64,000 bases of DNA from contig NIVC01000105.1 in assembly GCA_002269645.1 (NCBI GenBank), positions 845,992 to 909,991 of the forward strand, written 5' to 3'. How positions within the stretch are numbered: the first letter of the stretch is position 1; each line of letters opens with the position of its first letter. Position numbers and translations under genes: made by a program. The stretch is from Macrostomum lignano. Its lineage: Eukaryota. The notes below the pieces were generated by a model. That model ran no database searches. It saw only the letters and a list, made by a program, of their open reading frames with translations, and was not told the origin of the DNA. This document shows positions 48,951 through 61,117 of the stretch, piece by piece.

Positions 48951-49157
48951 AAAATATAAAATGGAATGAGGTAAGTTAGGACGAAAGTTTTAAAAATTGA
49001 ATGAGAGAATATGGGTCTAAATAGAGATTAATATACAGGCATTAGACATGACATGGAGATTAGATAAAAGCAATTAAAAAGAATCATTAAGATACACATC
49101 TGCACAGGCATAAAATTGAACAGAAAAGCAGCAGAAAAAGCCGAAATTCTGGCTCAC

Positions 49158-49348
49158 CTCTCTGATGCTTTTCTCCTTTCGATTTTTCAACCCCTCGGGT
49201 CGGAAGCGCTTGGCGATTTTGTCGGAAATCTTGCGCATGACGAGAATCCAGCCCAGGTTGAGGTAGCGCAGCAGAGACAGCCGGATCTGCCTGGCCACGT
49301 CCGGATCCGCTCCGGCCACGATTCCTGGATTGGCGCCGTTTTGAAATT
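49158..49348 (-). CDS. BEST: Bestrophin exon 2
   Basis: cctag acceptor (phase 1), gtgagc donor; RQIRLSLLRYLNL...ISDKIAKRF. Confidence 0.85.
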
Positions 49349-49427
49349 CTAGGTGGGCGATTCTTAGAAAATATTAAAACCCGTAACTCCATTGCTGGCC
49401 GCTAGCGAGGTGAGTCACTCTGGCAAC

Positions 49428-50010
49428 TTAGCAACCAAGTGGCGTCGTTGACAGTGCCCTTAGCAACCAAGTGACGTCGTTGACAGTACCCTAGCAACCA
49501 AGTGGCGTCGTTGACAGTACCCTAGCAACCAAGTGACGCCTTTATCAGTACCCTAGCAACCAATGGGAGTCTTTAACAGTACCCTAGCAACCAAGGGGCA
49601 TCTTTAGCAGTACCCTAGCAACCAAGGGGCGTCTTTAGCAGTACCCTAGCAACCAAGTGGGTGTCTGTAACAGTACCCCTAGCAACCAAGTGACGTCTGT
49701 AACAAGTACCCTAGCAACCAAGCGGGTGTCTGTAACAGCACCCCTAGCAACCAAGTGACGTCTGTAACAAGTACCCTAGCAACCAAGCGGGTGTCTGTAA
49801 CAGCACCCCTAGCAACCAAGTGACGTCTGTAACAAGTACCCTAGCAACCAAGTGACGTCTGTAACAAGTACCCTAGCAACCAAGCAGGTGTCTGTAACAG
49901 TACCCTAGCAACCAAGCGACGTCTGTAACAAGTACCCTAGCAACCAAGTGGGCGTCCGTAACAGTACCCTAGCAACCAAGTGGCGTCTTTGACAGTACCC
50001 TTAGCAACCA
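49428..50010. repeat. Degenerate intronic minisatellite, ~30-31-bp unit (cctagcaaccaagtgacgtctgtaacagtac)
   Basis: Tandem periodicity. Confidence 0.9.
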
Positions 50011-50017
50011 CCAGTCT

Positions 50018-50290
50018 CAATTGGGCCAGATGTGCAACCGACAGCTCAGCCGCAGCTATTGCGCTAAAGGCTACGTAAGGCTGTTCAGCTGTTCAGTCCA
50101 AGGACTGGGGGGTCGCCACAAACACACTCAATTACCCCAGCTAATGCTGGTACCCATTTTACAGCTGGGTGAACTGAAGCAATGCAGAGTTGAGTTTCTT
50201 GCTCTTGCTCAATTGTTCCAAGTTGGATCGAGAATCGAACTCCCGACCTTCCAGTCGCGAGTCCGACGCTCTGACCACTAGGCTACAACC
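50018..50290 (-). mobile_element. tRNA-derived SINE, copy 1
   Basis: Minus strand starts ggttgtagcctagtgg (A box)...gagttcgattc (B box), then cagttcacccagctgtaaaatgggtacc (resembles CORE-type SINE central domain); homologous to copies at 58454 and 58806. Confidence 0.8.
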
Positions 50291-51194
50291 CCCAAAGAGT
50301 AACCTTAGGGCGTATTTTAGAATACCTTAGCAACCCTGAAAGCAGCTTTATGAGTATCCTAGCAACCAAAATGACTCACACTCTGGCACAGTTTGCGTCT
50401 TTGACAGACAGTATCCAATAGCAATCAAAATAAAGCCTCAAAACTGCTGCTGCCAGAAGAAGACTTTACATTGTCAAGCCATCTGGCATTAGCCACAATA
50501 AAATGATTTCAGTCGTGATGAGAAGGCCGGCATTTTTCCTGCCAGCCATCAACATCGTGCCACTTAGAAACGAGATTTTTTCAGCTGAGCCAGGAAACAC
50601 ATTGCCTGCCGCCCCAATATCTGTCACGTTTTTTAGGCGTCATACTCCAGAAAGAATGAGCTCAGACAACACACGCACTCACACACACACTTCGCTGAGC
50701 GTGGAACTGTCAAAGTTGATTCGCTAGTTCTGCTGAGATAGGTACAAGTGCCAGAGCGAGTGGCATTTGGTGGCTTAAAGGGGATTCAGAGCGTGTTGTG
50801 TGGGAGTTCCGGGATGGAGGTGCCGGATTTTCACGCGGGCCCAGCCTGGCGTAACTGATGAAGCGTCGGGGGGGGGGGGGGGCTGTCGCTGCCTGATAAG
50901 TCTAGGCCTGCCGGTCAACAAGCATTTTTTAAGGCAATTATTTTTTCGCCCGAGTGACCAGGAGTGACCAGTGCTTTCAGAGCATCCAAGTTAATTATTT
51001 TAATAAAGTATGGCAAATAGTAAGTGGGATATGGAGCTTTTATTTTTGGTAGAAAGAGTACGAACAAATTTTCTGGGAAATAATATCGATACTTAGTCCT
51101 GTTGTCATACCAGGTATTTTACTCTTAACTGTAGTTAAAATTTGATTATACCACTATGGTTTAGCTATATTCAGACAAAGCTAAAAATGTTTAC

Positions 51195-52372
51195 AGACAG
51201 GCTAACATATTTACAGACAGGCTAACATATTTACAGACAGGGCTACAGATATTTACAGACAGGGCTACAGATATTTACAGACAGGGCTACAGATATTCAC
51301 AGACAGGGCTACAGATATTTACAGACAGGGCTACAGATATTTACAGACAAGGCTACAGATATTTACAGACAGGGCTACAGATATTTACAGACAAGGCTAC
51401 AGATATTTACAGACAGGGCTACAGATATTTACAGACAGGGCTACAGATATTTACAGACATAGCTACAGATATCTACAGACAGGGCTACAGATATTTACAG
51501 ACAGGGCTACAGATATTCACAGACAGGGCTACAGGTATCTACAGACAGGGCTACAGATATTTACAGACATAGCTACAGATATCTACAGACAGGGCTACAG
51601 ATATTTACAGACAGGGCTACAGATATTTACAGACATAGCTACAGATATCTACAGACAAGGCTACAGATATTTACAGATATGGCAACAGATATTTACAGAC
51701 ATAGCTTCAAACATTTACAGACATAGCTACAGATATTTACAGACAGGGCTACAGATATTTACAGACAGGGCAACACATATCTACAGACAGGGCTACAGAT
51801 ATTTACAGACATGGCTACAAATATTTACAGACAGGGTTACAGATATTTACAGACATGGCTACAGATATTTACAGACAGGGCTACAGAAATTTACAGACAT
51901 GGCTACAGATATTTACAGACAGGGCTACAGATATTTACAGACATGGCTACAGATATTTACAGACAGGGCTACAGATATTTACAGACAGGGCTACAGATAT
52001 TTACAGACATAGCTACAGATATTTACAGACAGGGCTACAGATATTTACAGACAGGGCTACAGATATTTACAGACAGGGCTACAGATATTTACAGACATAG
52101 CTACAGATATTTACAGACAGGGCTACAGATATTTACAGACAGGGCTACAGATATTTACAGACAAAGCTACAGATATTTACAGACAAAGCTACAGATATTT
52201 ACAGACAAAGCTACAGATATTTACAGACAAAGCTACAGATATTTACAGACATAGCTACAGATATTTACAGACAAAGCTACAGATATTTACAGACATAGCT
52301 ACAGATATTTACAGACAGGGCTACAGATATTTACAGACAGGGCTACAGATATTTACAGACAGGGCTACAGAT
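51195..52372. repeat. Intronic minisatellite, 22-bp unit (gctacagatatttacagacagg)
   Basis: Tandem periodicity. Confidence 0.95.
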
Positions 52373-53059
52373 AGCTGTAAATTTAGGCTACGCAGACTAT
52401 TTTTCAGACCATCTTATAAGTTGTAGATGTTTACAGACTTCACCATTAAGTAGGAAAATATTTGATATCCTCAAAGCTAAGGTTGTTACGTTTGTGGTCA
52501 AAATATTTGTAATTAAACATTTCTCTAGTTTTTTTGTTTAAACGAAGCCCCTGCTAGTTCAGTCAGGTCGCTGATTACCCTAAAGTCTTCGGGTGGTTAA
52601 TCAGCACGAACAAAATTTTTGTATATCAATTACCTACAAGATTATCGGTTCAGTCAATGGATTAATTTCGTTAGTTTTTGATACGCAGGCTAGTTAGTGA
52701 TATTTATCATGAGTTTCTAAACTTGAATGCAATGGATCAGGCTACTGACGTCCCCGATGACCTGACTAACTTTGAAGCAGTTCCACAAAAAATGGTACTG
52801 ATCATTAGCCATTTGAGCGCAAGCAAAATATCAGATGTCAGGATAGCACTGCGCCACATTGGCATTCGGGTCACACGGGTTGACTAATCCAGGTATTAAT
52901 TATTTATCTTCTGGTCATCTAATTCATCTCTATTCGCGATCCTCGCCTTGAAAAGTGGGAGTTCGTAGGCCACTTCTTAATCTTAGATGAGTGAGATTAA
53001 CTTAGCGCGTGACAGAGTGGAACTTTATTAACTTAATTGGGCTACTGATCAGTAAGTAA

Positions 53060-53280
53060 GTCAGTCAGTCAGTCAGTCAGCCAGTCAGTCAGTCAGTCAG
53101 TCAGTCAGTCAGTCAGTCAGTCAGTCAGTCAGTCAGTCAGTCAGTCAGTCAGTCAGCCAGTCAGTCAGTCAGTCAGTCAGTCAGTCAGTCAGTCAGTCAG
53201 TCAGTCAGTCAGTCAGTCAGTCAGTCAGTCAGTCAGTCAGTCAGTCAGTCAGTCTGTCTGTCTGTCTGTCTCTCTGTCTT

Positions 53281-53339
<59 letters not shown>

Positions 53340-53390
53340 CAGTCAGTCAGTCAGTCAGTCAGTCAGTCAGTCAGTCAGTCAGTCTGTCAG
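53060..53390. repeat. Compound (CAGT)n/(CTGT)n microsatellite
   Basis: Direct reading. Confidence 0.95.
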
Positions 53391-53799
53391 TCGGTGTCAG
53401 ACCAGAAGGAGAAGAACAATGCCACAAAAATAATCTTGCACTTGCACTAATTGGTAACCGGAACCCGCAGGTCGTCTCAGCTTTCACCGCAGGATATATT
53501 AAGCAACAAAAAAACAACAATGTGGCAACTGATTCGCACTTTTCTATTTTTGGAGCTCTCCTAAATGGCCAAAATTAGAATTGTGTGTTGGTGGCACTGT
53601 GGGGTACAGACTGCCAAAATGCTTGAATAAAACTTAAGTCATCGTCCGATTCATTAATTATTTGAAGAATTCAGGTTTATTTCCAACTAAGCTTAAAATA
53701 GTTTAAAGTACTAGATTGAAAAAAACTTTGTTTTGTTATAAATAGAATCTTTTTAAAAACTAAAATCGATTAGAATAGTAGGCCATTTTCGTCATTTAT

Positions 53800-55625
53800 T
53801 TTCTATTCCTGTCCATTCTTGTCCTGTCTTTTCTATTCCTGTCCACTCTTGTCCTGTCTTTTCTATTCCTGTCAATTCTTGTCCTGTCTTTTTAGTTCCT
53901 GTCCATTCTTGTCCTGTCTTTTTAGTTCCTGTCCATTATTGTCCTGTCTTTTAGTTCCTGTCCACTCTTGTCCTGTCTTTTTAGTTCCTGTCCACTCTTG
54001 TCCTGTCTTTTCTATTCCTGTCAATTCTTGTCCTGTCTTTTTAGTTCCTGTCCATTCTTGTCCTGTCTTTTTAGTTCCTGTCCATTCTTGTCCTGTCTTT
54101 TAGTTCCTGTCCACTCTTGTCCTGTCTTTTTAGTTCCTGTCCACTCTTGTCCTGTCTTTTTAGTTCCTGTCCATTCTTGTCCTGTCTTTTTAGTTCCTAT
54201 CCATTCTTGTCCTGTTTTTTCTATTCCTGTCCATTCTTGTCCTGTCTTTTTAGTTCCTGTCCACTCTTGTCCTGTCTTTTCTATTCCTGTCCATTCTTAT
54301 CCTGTCTTTTCTATTCCTGTCCACTCTTGTCCTGTCTTTTTAGTTCCTGTCCATTCTTGTCCTGTCTTTTTAGTTCCTATCCATTCTTGTCCTGTTTTTT
54401 CTATTCCTGTCCATTCTTGTCCTGTCTTTTTAGTTCCTGTCCATTCTTGTCCTGTCTTTTTAGTTCCTGTCCATTCTTGTCCTGTCTTTTTAGTTCCTGT
54501 CCACTCTTGTCCTGTCTTTTTAGTTCCTGTCCACTCTTGTCCTGTCTTTTCTACTCCTGTCCATTCTTATCCTGTCTTTTCTATTCCTGTCCACTCTTGT
54601 CCTGTATTTTCTATTCCTGTCCATTCTTGTCCTGTCTTTTTAGTTCCTGTCCATTCTTGTCCTGTCTTTTTAGTTCCTGTCCATTCTTGTCCTGTCTTTT
54701 AGTTCCTGTCCACTCTTGTCCTGTCTTTTTAGTTCCTATCCATTCTTGTCCTGTTTTTTCTATTCCTGTCCATTCTTGTCCTGTCTTTTTAGTTCCTGTC
54801 CACTCTTGTCCTGTCTTTTCTATTCCTGTCCATTCTTATCCTGTCTTTTCTATTCCTGTCCACTCTTGTCCTGTCTTTTTAGTTCCTGTCCATTCTTGTC
54901 CTGTCTTTTTAGTTCCTATCCATTCTTGTCCTGTTTTTTCTATTCCTGTCCATTCTTGTCCTGTCTTTTTAGTTCCTGTCCATTCTTGTCCTGTCTTTTT
55001 AGTTCCTGTCCATTCTTGTCCTGTCTTTTTAGTTCCTGTCCACTCTTGTCCTGTCTTTTTAGTTCCTGTCCACTCTTGTCCTGTCTTTTCTACTCCTGTC
55101 CATTCTTATCCTGTCTTTTCTATTCCTGTCCACTCTTGTCCTGTATTTTCTATTCCTGTCCATTCTTGTCCTGTCTTTTTAGTTCCTGTCCATTCTTGTC
55201 CTGTCTTTTTAGTTCCTGTCCATTCTTGTCCTGTCTTTTAGTTCCTGTCCACTCTTGTCCTGTCTTTTTAGTTCCTATCCATTCTTGTCCTGTTTTTTCT
55301 ATTCCTGTCCATTCTTGTCCTGTCTTTTTAGTTCCTGTCCACTCTTGTCCTGTCTTTTCTATTCCTGTCCATTCTTATCCTGTCTTTTCTATTCCTGTCC
55401 ACTCTTGTCCTGTCTTTTCTATTCCTGTCCATTCTTGTCCTGTCTTTTTAGTTCCTGTCCATTCTTGTCCTGTCTTTTTAGTTCCTGTCCATTCTTGTCC
55501 TGTCTTTTAGTTCCTGTCCACTCTTGTCCTGTCTTTTTAGTTCCTGCCCATTCTTGTCCTGTCTTTTTAGTTCCTGTCCATTCTTGTCCTGTCTTTTTAC
55601 ATCATGTTTGTTCTTGTCCTGTCTT
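53800..55625. repeat. Intronic minisatellite, 30-bp unit (tcttgtcctgtctttttagttcctgtccat), with 539-bp higher-order repeat
   Basis: Tandem periodicity; variant units recur at 54191, 54730 and 55269. Confidence 0.95.
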
Positions 55626-58453
55626 TAGCAGTCCATGAATGTAGTGTCCTAAATCAACTTCAGTGTTCCCACTTCTGCTGTCTGGAGGTGACGTGACCAA
55701 TGCTGAGTTTTAGGCGGTGAAAACTAGCCCAGTGACTGAGCCAAGCCTGACTAATAAGTCTGTGCGTGCAAACCAATTAATAAATATAATAATAAGCGAA
55801 ATACTAATTAGGATTATCCTAGCACAGGTACAGGATTATATGGTGAGCTCATTCTTACAAAGCATCTCCCCAGAGAGGCTGTGTGAGTGTTTTGACGAAT
55901 TTTCCAGCGCATTGGCTTGAGACACATTTTTACCTAGCTTGTTGCAGAGTGCTAATCAACACGATGCGGTTAGCCGTGACTACACAGAGTGATAATATAT
56001 TTCTATACTTGAGCACCCTTGCGTTCACGCTTTGATAACAAATTCATTATTTTACATTTACATGCAACTTATTAGTGGTTTAATTAAGATTGTATCTGTG
56101 AAAAAGTTATCTAGCAGGTTTAGTAGTCTAGGGTTTAGTAGTCTCCTTTAGTAGCCCAAGGGATGTTGCATACGGTAGAAGTGGCATGTTACGGGACGAG
56201 TTGTATCACTTTTAATGGCACTTAATCACACCTTAGAATCACTTTTCAAAGTTGTCTTCATGGTCTCTAGTTTTGGTCTCTTAAACCATAGACACAATAA
56301 CAGTGGCAACATCTGTCTAATTTTAGCATCTTCAGAATCGCCCGACCATGGACATCAGCTCCATCAGAAACCTGTGCTCCGAGTGTAAAGGGACTTAAAA
56401 AAAACAAGAAAGATTTGAAAAGAGCCAGCCTATCTATCAGCTTCCCGCTTTCCGCCAATTCCTGCCTTCGCTACTGAATATAAACTGAAATATGATCAAT
56501 TGTAGTCATTTGCCTTTTGATGCCCTTGATGGTGCTTCTGCAACCCAACTGGAGCTGATAAGTCAATTGAGTTGGGAAGACCATAGCGAGGGTTAACTAA
56601 TCACAAGTTCTACGAGTATGGAGGAGTCTATGGTTAAACCCGATGCAACGCGGTTTAAAAAACATATCCTCATAGAAATTTAAAAGGAAAAAGTCATTTC
56701 TCCTGCTGCCATTATTCAAAATGTCTATGTTAATTAACGTTAAGGCAATGACATTCAATCAATGACCGGTCATTGTGAAAAAATTGACAATAAAGCAATT
56801 TACCGGGATATTATTTTAGAAAACGAACGAGTCTATGAGCGTAAAATAAAATAGTCTATGGTTGTAAGTGGGGCTTCGCCCCCACACCCCCATTTCCCCT
56901 TCCCACACGGATCCTGGTGGACAAATTGACCTATGAAGTTAGCTGGAAGTGAGAATTCATGGTAATGGCCATGACGCGTGTTCTCACAATCCCCATTGTG
57001 AGAACGTAGCACTATTGAACTAATAGCTAGTGCGGATCCTCCAGACTAATTTTAAATTTTAAAACGTTCTTCTTAGCACTTAGAAACTTGCTGTCTCAAG
57101 TACGTTCGCTTCTCAGAGTCGATAATCAATTTACACTCAGCTGTCCAAATCCTCTGTCAGTTTTAAAGCCTTCTAACTATGAGTCGATGAGGCTCTCTTC
57201 ATGAACTTTGTTTAGTGTCGCCCCCCCCCCCCTGTAGGATTCTGGTTTCTTGGTATCATTTTGTTTTACTTGTCAACAGTGTAGGAGATTTGTTCTTTGT
57301 AAAGGACGACAAAAAGAAATCGACTTGGACAGAGAAGAACCACTTCGAAGATGCTAAACTGAGCTGACGATCCTCTGGCGATTCGAAATGGACAGCCACC
57401 CTTTCATTCCTTGAACAACCAACAGTATGCATTATAATCATGCTTGACCCCTTGAGAGCTCTATCAGTGCTGGCACAGATAAAGGCTGCTTCGGGGAGAC
57501 TTTTGTAACTAAATTAACCCGTGGGCCACCCCTTCTTAAGTCTCGTCTTTAGCAGGCCTTAATGTTTCCTTGTCACATCCGAGCCATGCACGCGGCTTTC
57601 TTTCGGCGCCCCTTCACAGCCGTGATTGGGTACTCTCAAGGGACGCTATGCAGAGATTAATACCCACTATGAACCATATGATCATTATTACATATTTGAG
57701 CTGTGATGCCTACCATTTAGTTTGAGCCGTATTTAGGTTGGCTAGCCATAGACAAACTCTGTCAAGACAAGTCTGTTCGGTTTAGAATGTCACTGGAATT
57801 GAGTTGAGTACAGAAGGTTTTCTCTAAGCTCTGCTGTTGGGAGATGCCTTAAAACCGCAGCTCACGTGAGTTCCGCCAGTGTGTGTGTGCAGCTTCTCCT
57901 ACTTTCTGCACACGGCAGCAGACAACAAAAAATTTCCCAAACTTCAGAAAAATTGAATCATAAACGACTTGGTAGGAATGAGTAGTTGAGAGATGGACAG
58001 ACACCGGACCAGCTATGGCTAGTGAATATTGCTGCCTCAAGACTCTTAAGCATTGTTTTAGAGGCATTTTTACTTTCCTTGCCTCTCCCTCTTTCTGTCT
58101 CTCGTTTTGCAGTGCTTTCCAAAGCAGAGAAGTTGCAAAAGCAGAGCAGTAGCAGCAGCAGCAGTGTCAAGGCCTCACCACCTCTGTCCCTGTCCAGGAA
58201 AGTCCTCATCTTTGTGAACTCCCCAGCCTCCGTTCTGAGCCGGCTATTAGGGCCAGAGGAGCTTCTAATACGCAATGACATCCAGCTGCAGACTTTGACT
58301 TAGCGGGCATGAGCATCTTTCCGGTTGACACGAAATGAGGTACACTTACCTGAAAATTACTTTAGTATAATTCGCTTCGGTAATTTGGTGTAGAGGTACG
58401 TGAGCAATTATTTTCTTAGATTTGAAACCTAAAATGAGGATCTCTTGGCTCGA

Positions 58454-58685
58454 GGTTGTAGCCTAGTGGGTAGAGCATCGAACTCACGGCCGGAGAGGTC
58501 GAAGGTTAAATTCACGACACTTAACTCTGGAATGCTGCAGTTCATCCAGCTATAAAATGGGTGCCAACATTGAGGCCTGTGTGGTGACCCCCCACCCCAA
58601 TCCTTGGACTGAACAGCCGTACGCAGCCTTCAGATGCGCCGCGCAACAGCTGCGGCTGAGCTGTCGGTTGCACATCTGGCCCAAT
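58454..58685 (+). mobile_element. tRNA-derived SINE, copy 2
   Basis: ggttgtagcctagtgg head, cagttcatccagctataaaatggg core, tail gctgcggctgagctgtcggttgcacatctggcccaa shared with copy 1. Confidence 0.8.
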
Positions 58686-58805
58686 TGGGGCGGTGTAACT
58701 TTTTAAAATAGACAGATAACGTCTGGTTCACGCCCGCCGAGAATTTCTATGGCAAATACACAGTTTTAGTCCTGTATCATAATCGATTGCACCTGCCTCA
58801 ATGGA

Positions 58806-59014
58806 CAGATGTGCTCAGCGTACGGCTCTTCAATGCAAGGACTGGGTGGTCGCCACACACAGCCTCAATTTGTCAATTACCCCAGCTAATGCTGGCACCC
58901 ATTTTACAGCTGGGTGAACTGAAGCAATACAGGATTTAGTTCCGAGTGTGTTGAGAATCGAACCCCCGACCTTTCTATCATTAGTCCGACGCTCTAACCA
59001 CAATAGGCTACAAC
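58806..59014 (-). mobile_element. tRNA-derived SINE, copy 3 (partly deleted tail)
   Basis: Near-identical to copy 1 over caattaccccagctaatgctgg.acccattttacagctgggtgaactgaagcaat, plus tRNA-like head. Confidence 0.8.
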
Positions 59015-60517
59015 TCCCTCAGCTTCAGCTTACAAGCTTGCGGAATCAATTGAATGTAAGCGTAGCATTTCGTACTTTTGGCCATAAACTATTTTTCAGA
59101 GACCAATTTAAATTCAGTAAGATTAGGAATGTTCGGCTATGCATGTGCTTATAGAATATGTTGAAAGCATGAAGCTACACTATTTTTTATGATAAGCCCC
59201 TACATGTAAGTCGCTCGTTTACAAAGACGACGTTTTTGCTTTGTAAAAGATGGAAAAATTGCAAGCTTTTAGTGGCCACTGATGATGACAACGGTTATGC
59301 CTTAAACAGCAACTCTAATTGGTGACATCCGATGCTACTTAAGTGGTACAAATGTCCATAAAAAAGCTCCATCTGAAGGATGCTGAGCGAGCGACTTTGC
59401 AGATCAAAATAAGTTCCATTTGCAAAAAATCATATACGGTACAGTTCAGTCACCTTTGAAGCGGTCTGGCTCTCCATGCTTTTATCTTTTGTTGCTTGAG
59501 TGTTTAAAAAAGGAACAGGATTGATTGACCGGATTCTGCTACTCAACCCGAAGCTAAATCAGTTAAAGAAGTCTGCGTCATGCCAGCACTGAAGGCATCT
59601 CCAGAACAAGACTCAAACGAAAAGGACCTTAGTCCTATAGTTACTAACTTAAGCGGGCAAAATCGCTAATGAGGGGCTAAGAAAGTCCTGCGCGTTTCAG
59701 TTTTGTTTTCATTTCACTGCACCGACACTTATTGACCCAAACTGGGGTGGGCTGTCCTTGTACAGTTTAATGCAGCTCTCATCAGTCGCATTTATTTTGC
59801 CAATCAATGAACTTTACCTGTGGGTAAAGTCGCATGCCAAAGCCTAAACAACTAACTTTAGAATTGGTTCAGCACAAACAGAGAGCCTCGCCCACAAAAT
59901 GCCTTTTTTCCGATGGGTTGTAGTATAATGCTTGCAAGGTAAGTGGATTTTTTAAAATTGACTTGAACCGATCCGATTGCAACTTTATTGAACGTTTTTT
60001 CCTTTGTTCCTGAGTAAGAGTGTGGCGATTCAGCTTGAATGACTCTTGAGGAAAGTGATCGCGGGATGGGTGTTGCTTGGTTAATGGGAACTTGAAGGTG
60101 CCCGGCAGTCTGTGTGACTTTTAAAGTCGGTCAATCTGTTAAAAAAACTGTTGTTGAAAGCCAACAAAGTGTTTAGTATGCTGTGCACGTCTTGCTTAAA
60201 GTCTCTCGATCGTTATACACCATGATCAAATTGGGACCAGTTTTCGTGACCACATTATTTTTAAACACGGACAACTACTTTTTCGAATATCAGGAAGCCA
60301 CTTTCGCGAATAGTAGACATTTTTTACGTAATGCCGATTTTAGATTTAAAGTACTTCAGCGATATGTGATGTATACAATTTTTAGCACTAAATTCACTGT
60401 ATCTCTCGCTTTCTAAACTTCCTTTTGACGCTTTATACATTCGACAACTTGCTTTGGTACCGTAAAAGTTTTCTGGAAGTCTAGCAAAAATGATCAAATT
60501 TAAGCGCCAAAACTTAC

Positions 60518-60851
60518 CCTGAGCCAGGAAGGAGTACCGGTTCATCCAGGGAATCTCCAGGAACATGGCCCACCAACGATTGATGACGCCGCTAACAAAG
60601 AAACCAAGCAGGAAGCTGAGCGGGATGTTGTTCTTGACTGAGTTAGCAAAGTGGACCACCTGTTCGAATGTCCGCTTGCCGTATTCGTTCAGTAGCAACC
60701 TGTAGGACAGCGACAGGGCGTAATAGAGCGACAGGTAGAAGATCAGATCCAGGTACACCAGCTTGTACAGAGAGCCCTTCCACATGAGAAGCAGGCGGAC
60801 AAAAACTCCTTTCTGTCCGGACGAGATCACCTTGCTGTAGGTGACAGTCAT
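60518..60851 (-). CDS. BEST: Bestrophin exon 1 (Ca2+-activated chloride channel; full model 593 aa)
   Basis: MTVTYS...LLLMWKGSLYK and IPLSFLLGFFV...RWW signatures; gtaagt donor, phase 1. Confidence 0.95.
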
Positions 60852-61117
60852 TTTTGGTTAGCAGAATCGCAGCACTTTCCAAAAGCTCAAGCGGTTAATA
60901 AACACAGCGTTTTTGAACACAGAAAGGTTTGAGTCTGCATAATATATGGCTGTCAGAGTGGTGAAGTTTAGCCGAAACCTGAGCCTACTCTATCTAAGTC
61001 CAAACCTATTGGCTAGTACCTTCAAAACCTGAACCAATCGTATCATAGGACACATCGTCACAAACTTCCGCCATAATGGCTGACTTAGGGCAGTTCGTGT
61101 GAATCGAATCAAATTTT

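Noticed and set aside
50230-50290. tRNA-like sequence (also 58454-58510 and 58955-59014)
   Set aside because: A and B boxes are present but continue into a shared SINE body, and the acceptor stem is not intact; treated as SINE heads, not tRNA genes
57958-58303. Overlapping ~105-aa ORFs on both strands in bestrophin intron 1
   Set aside because: Low-complexity (gca)n-centred sequence with no motif or splice support
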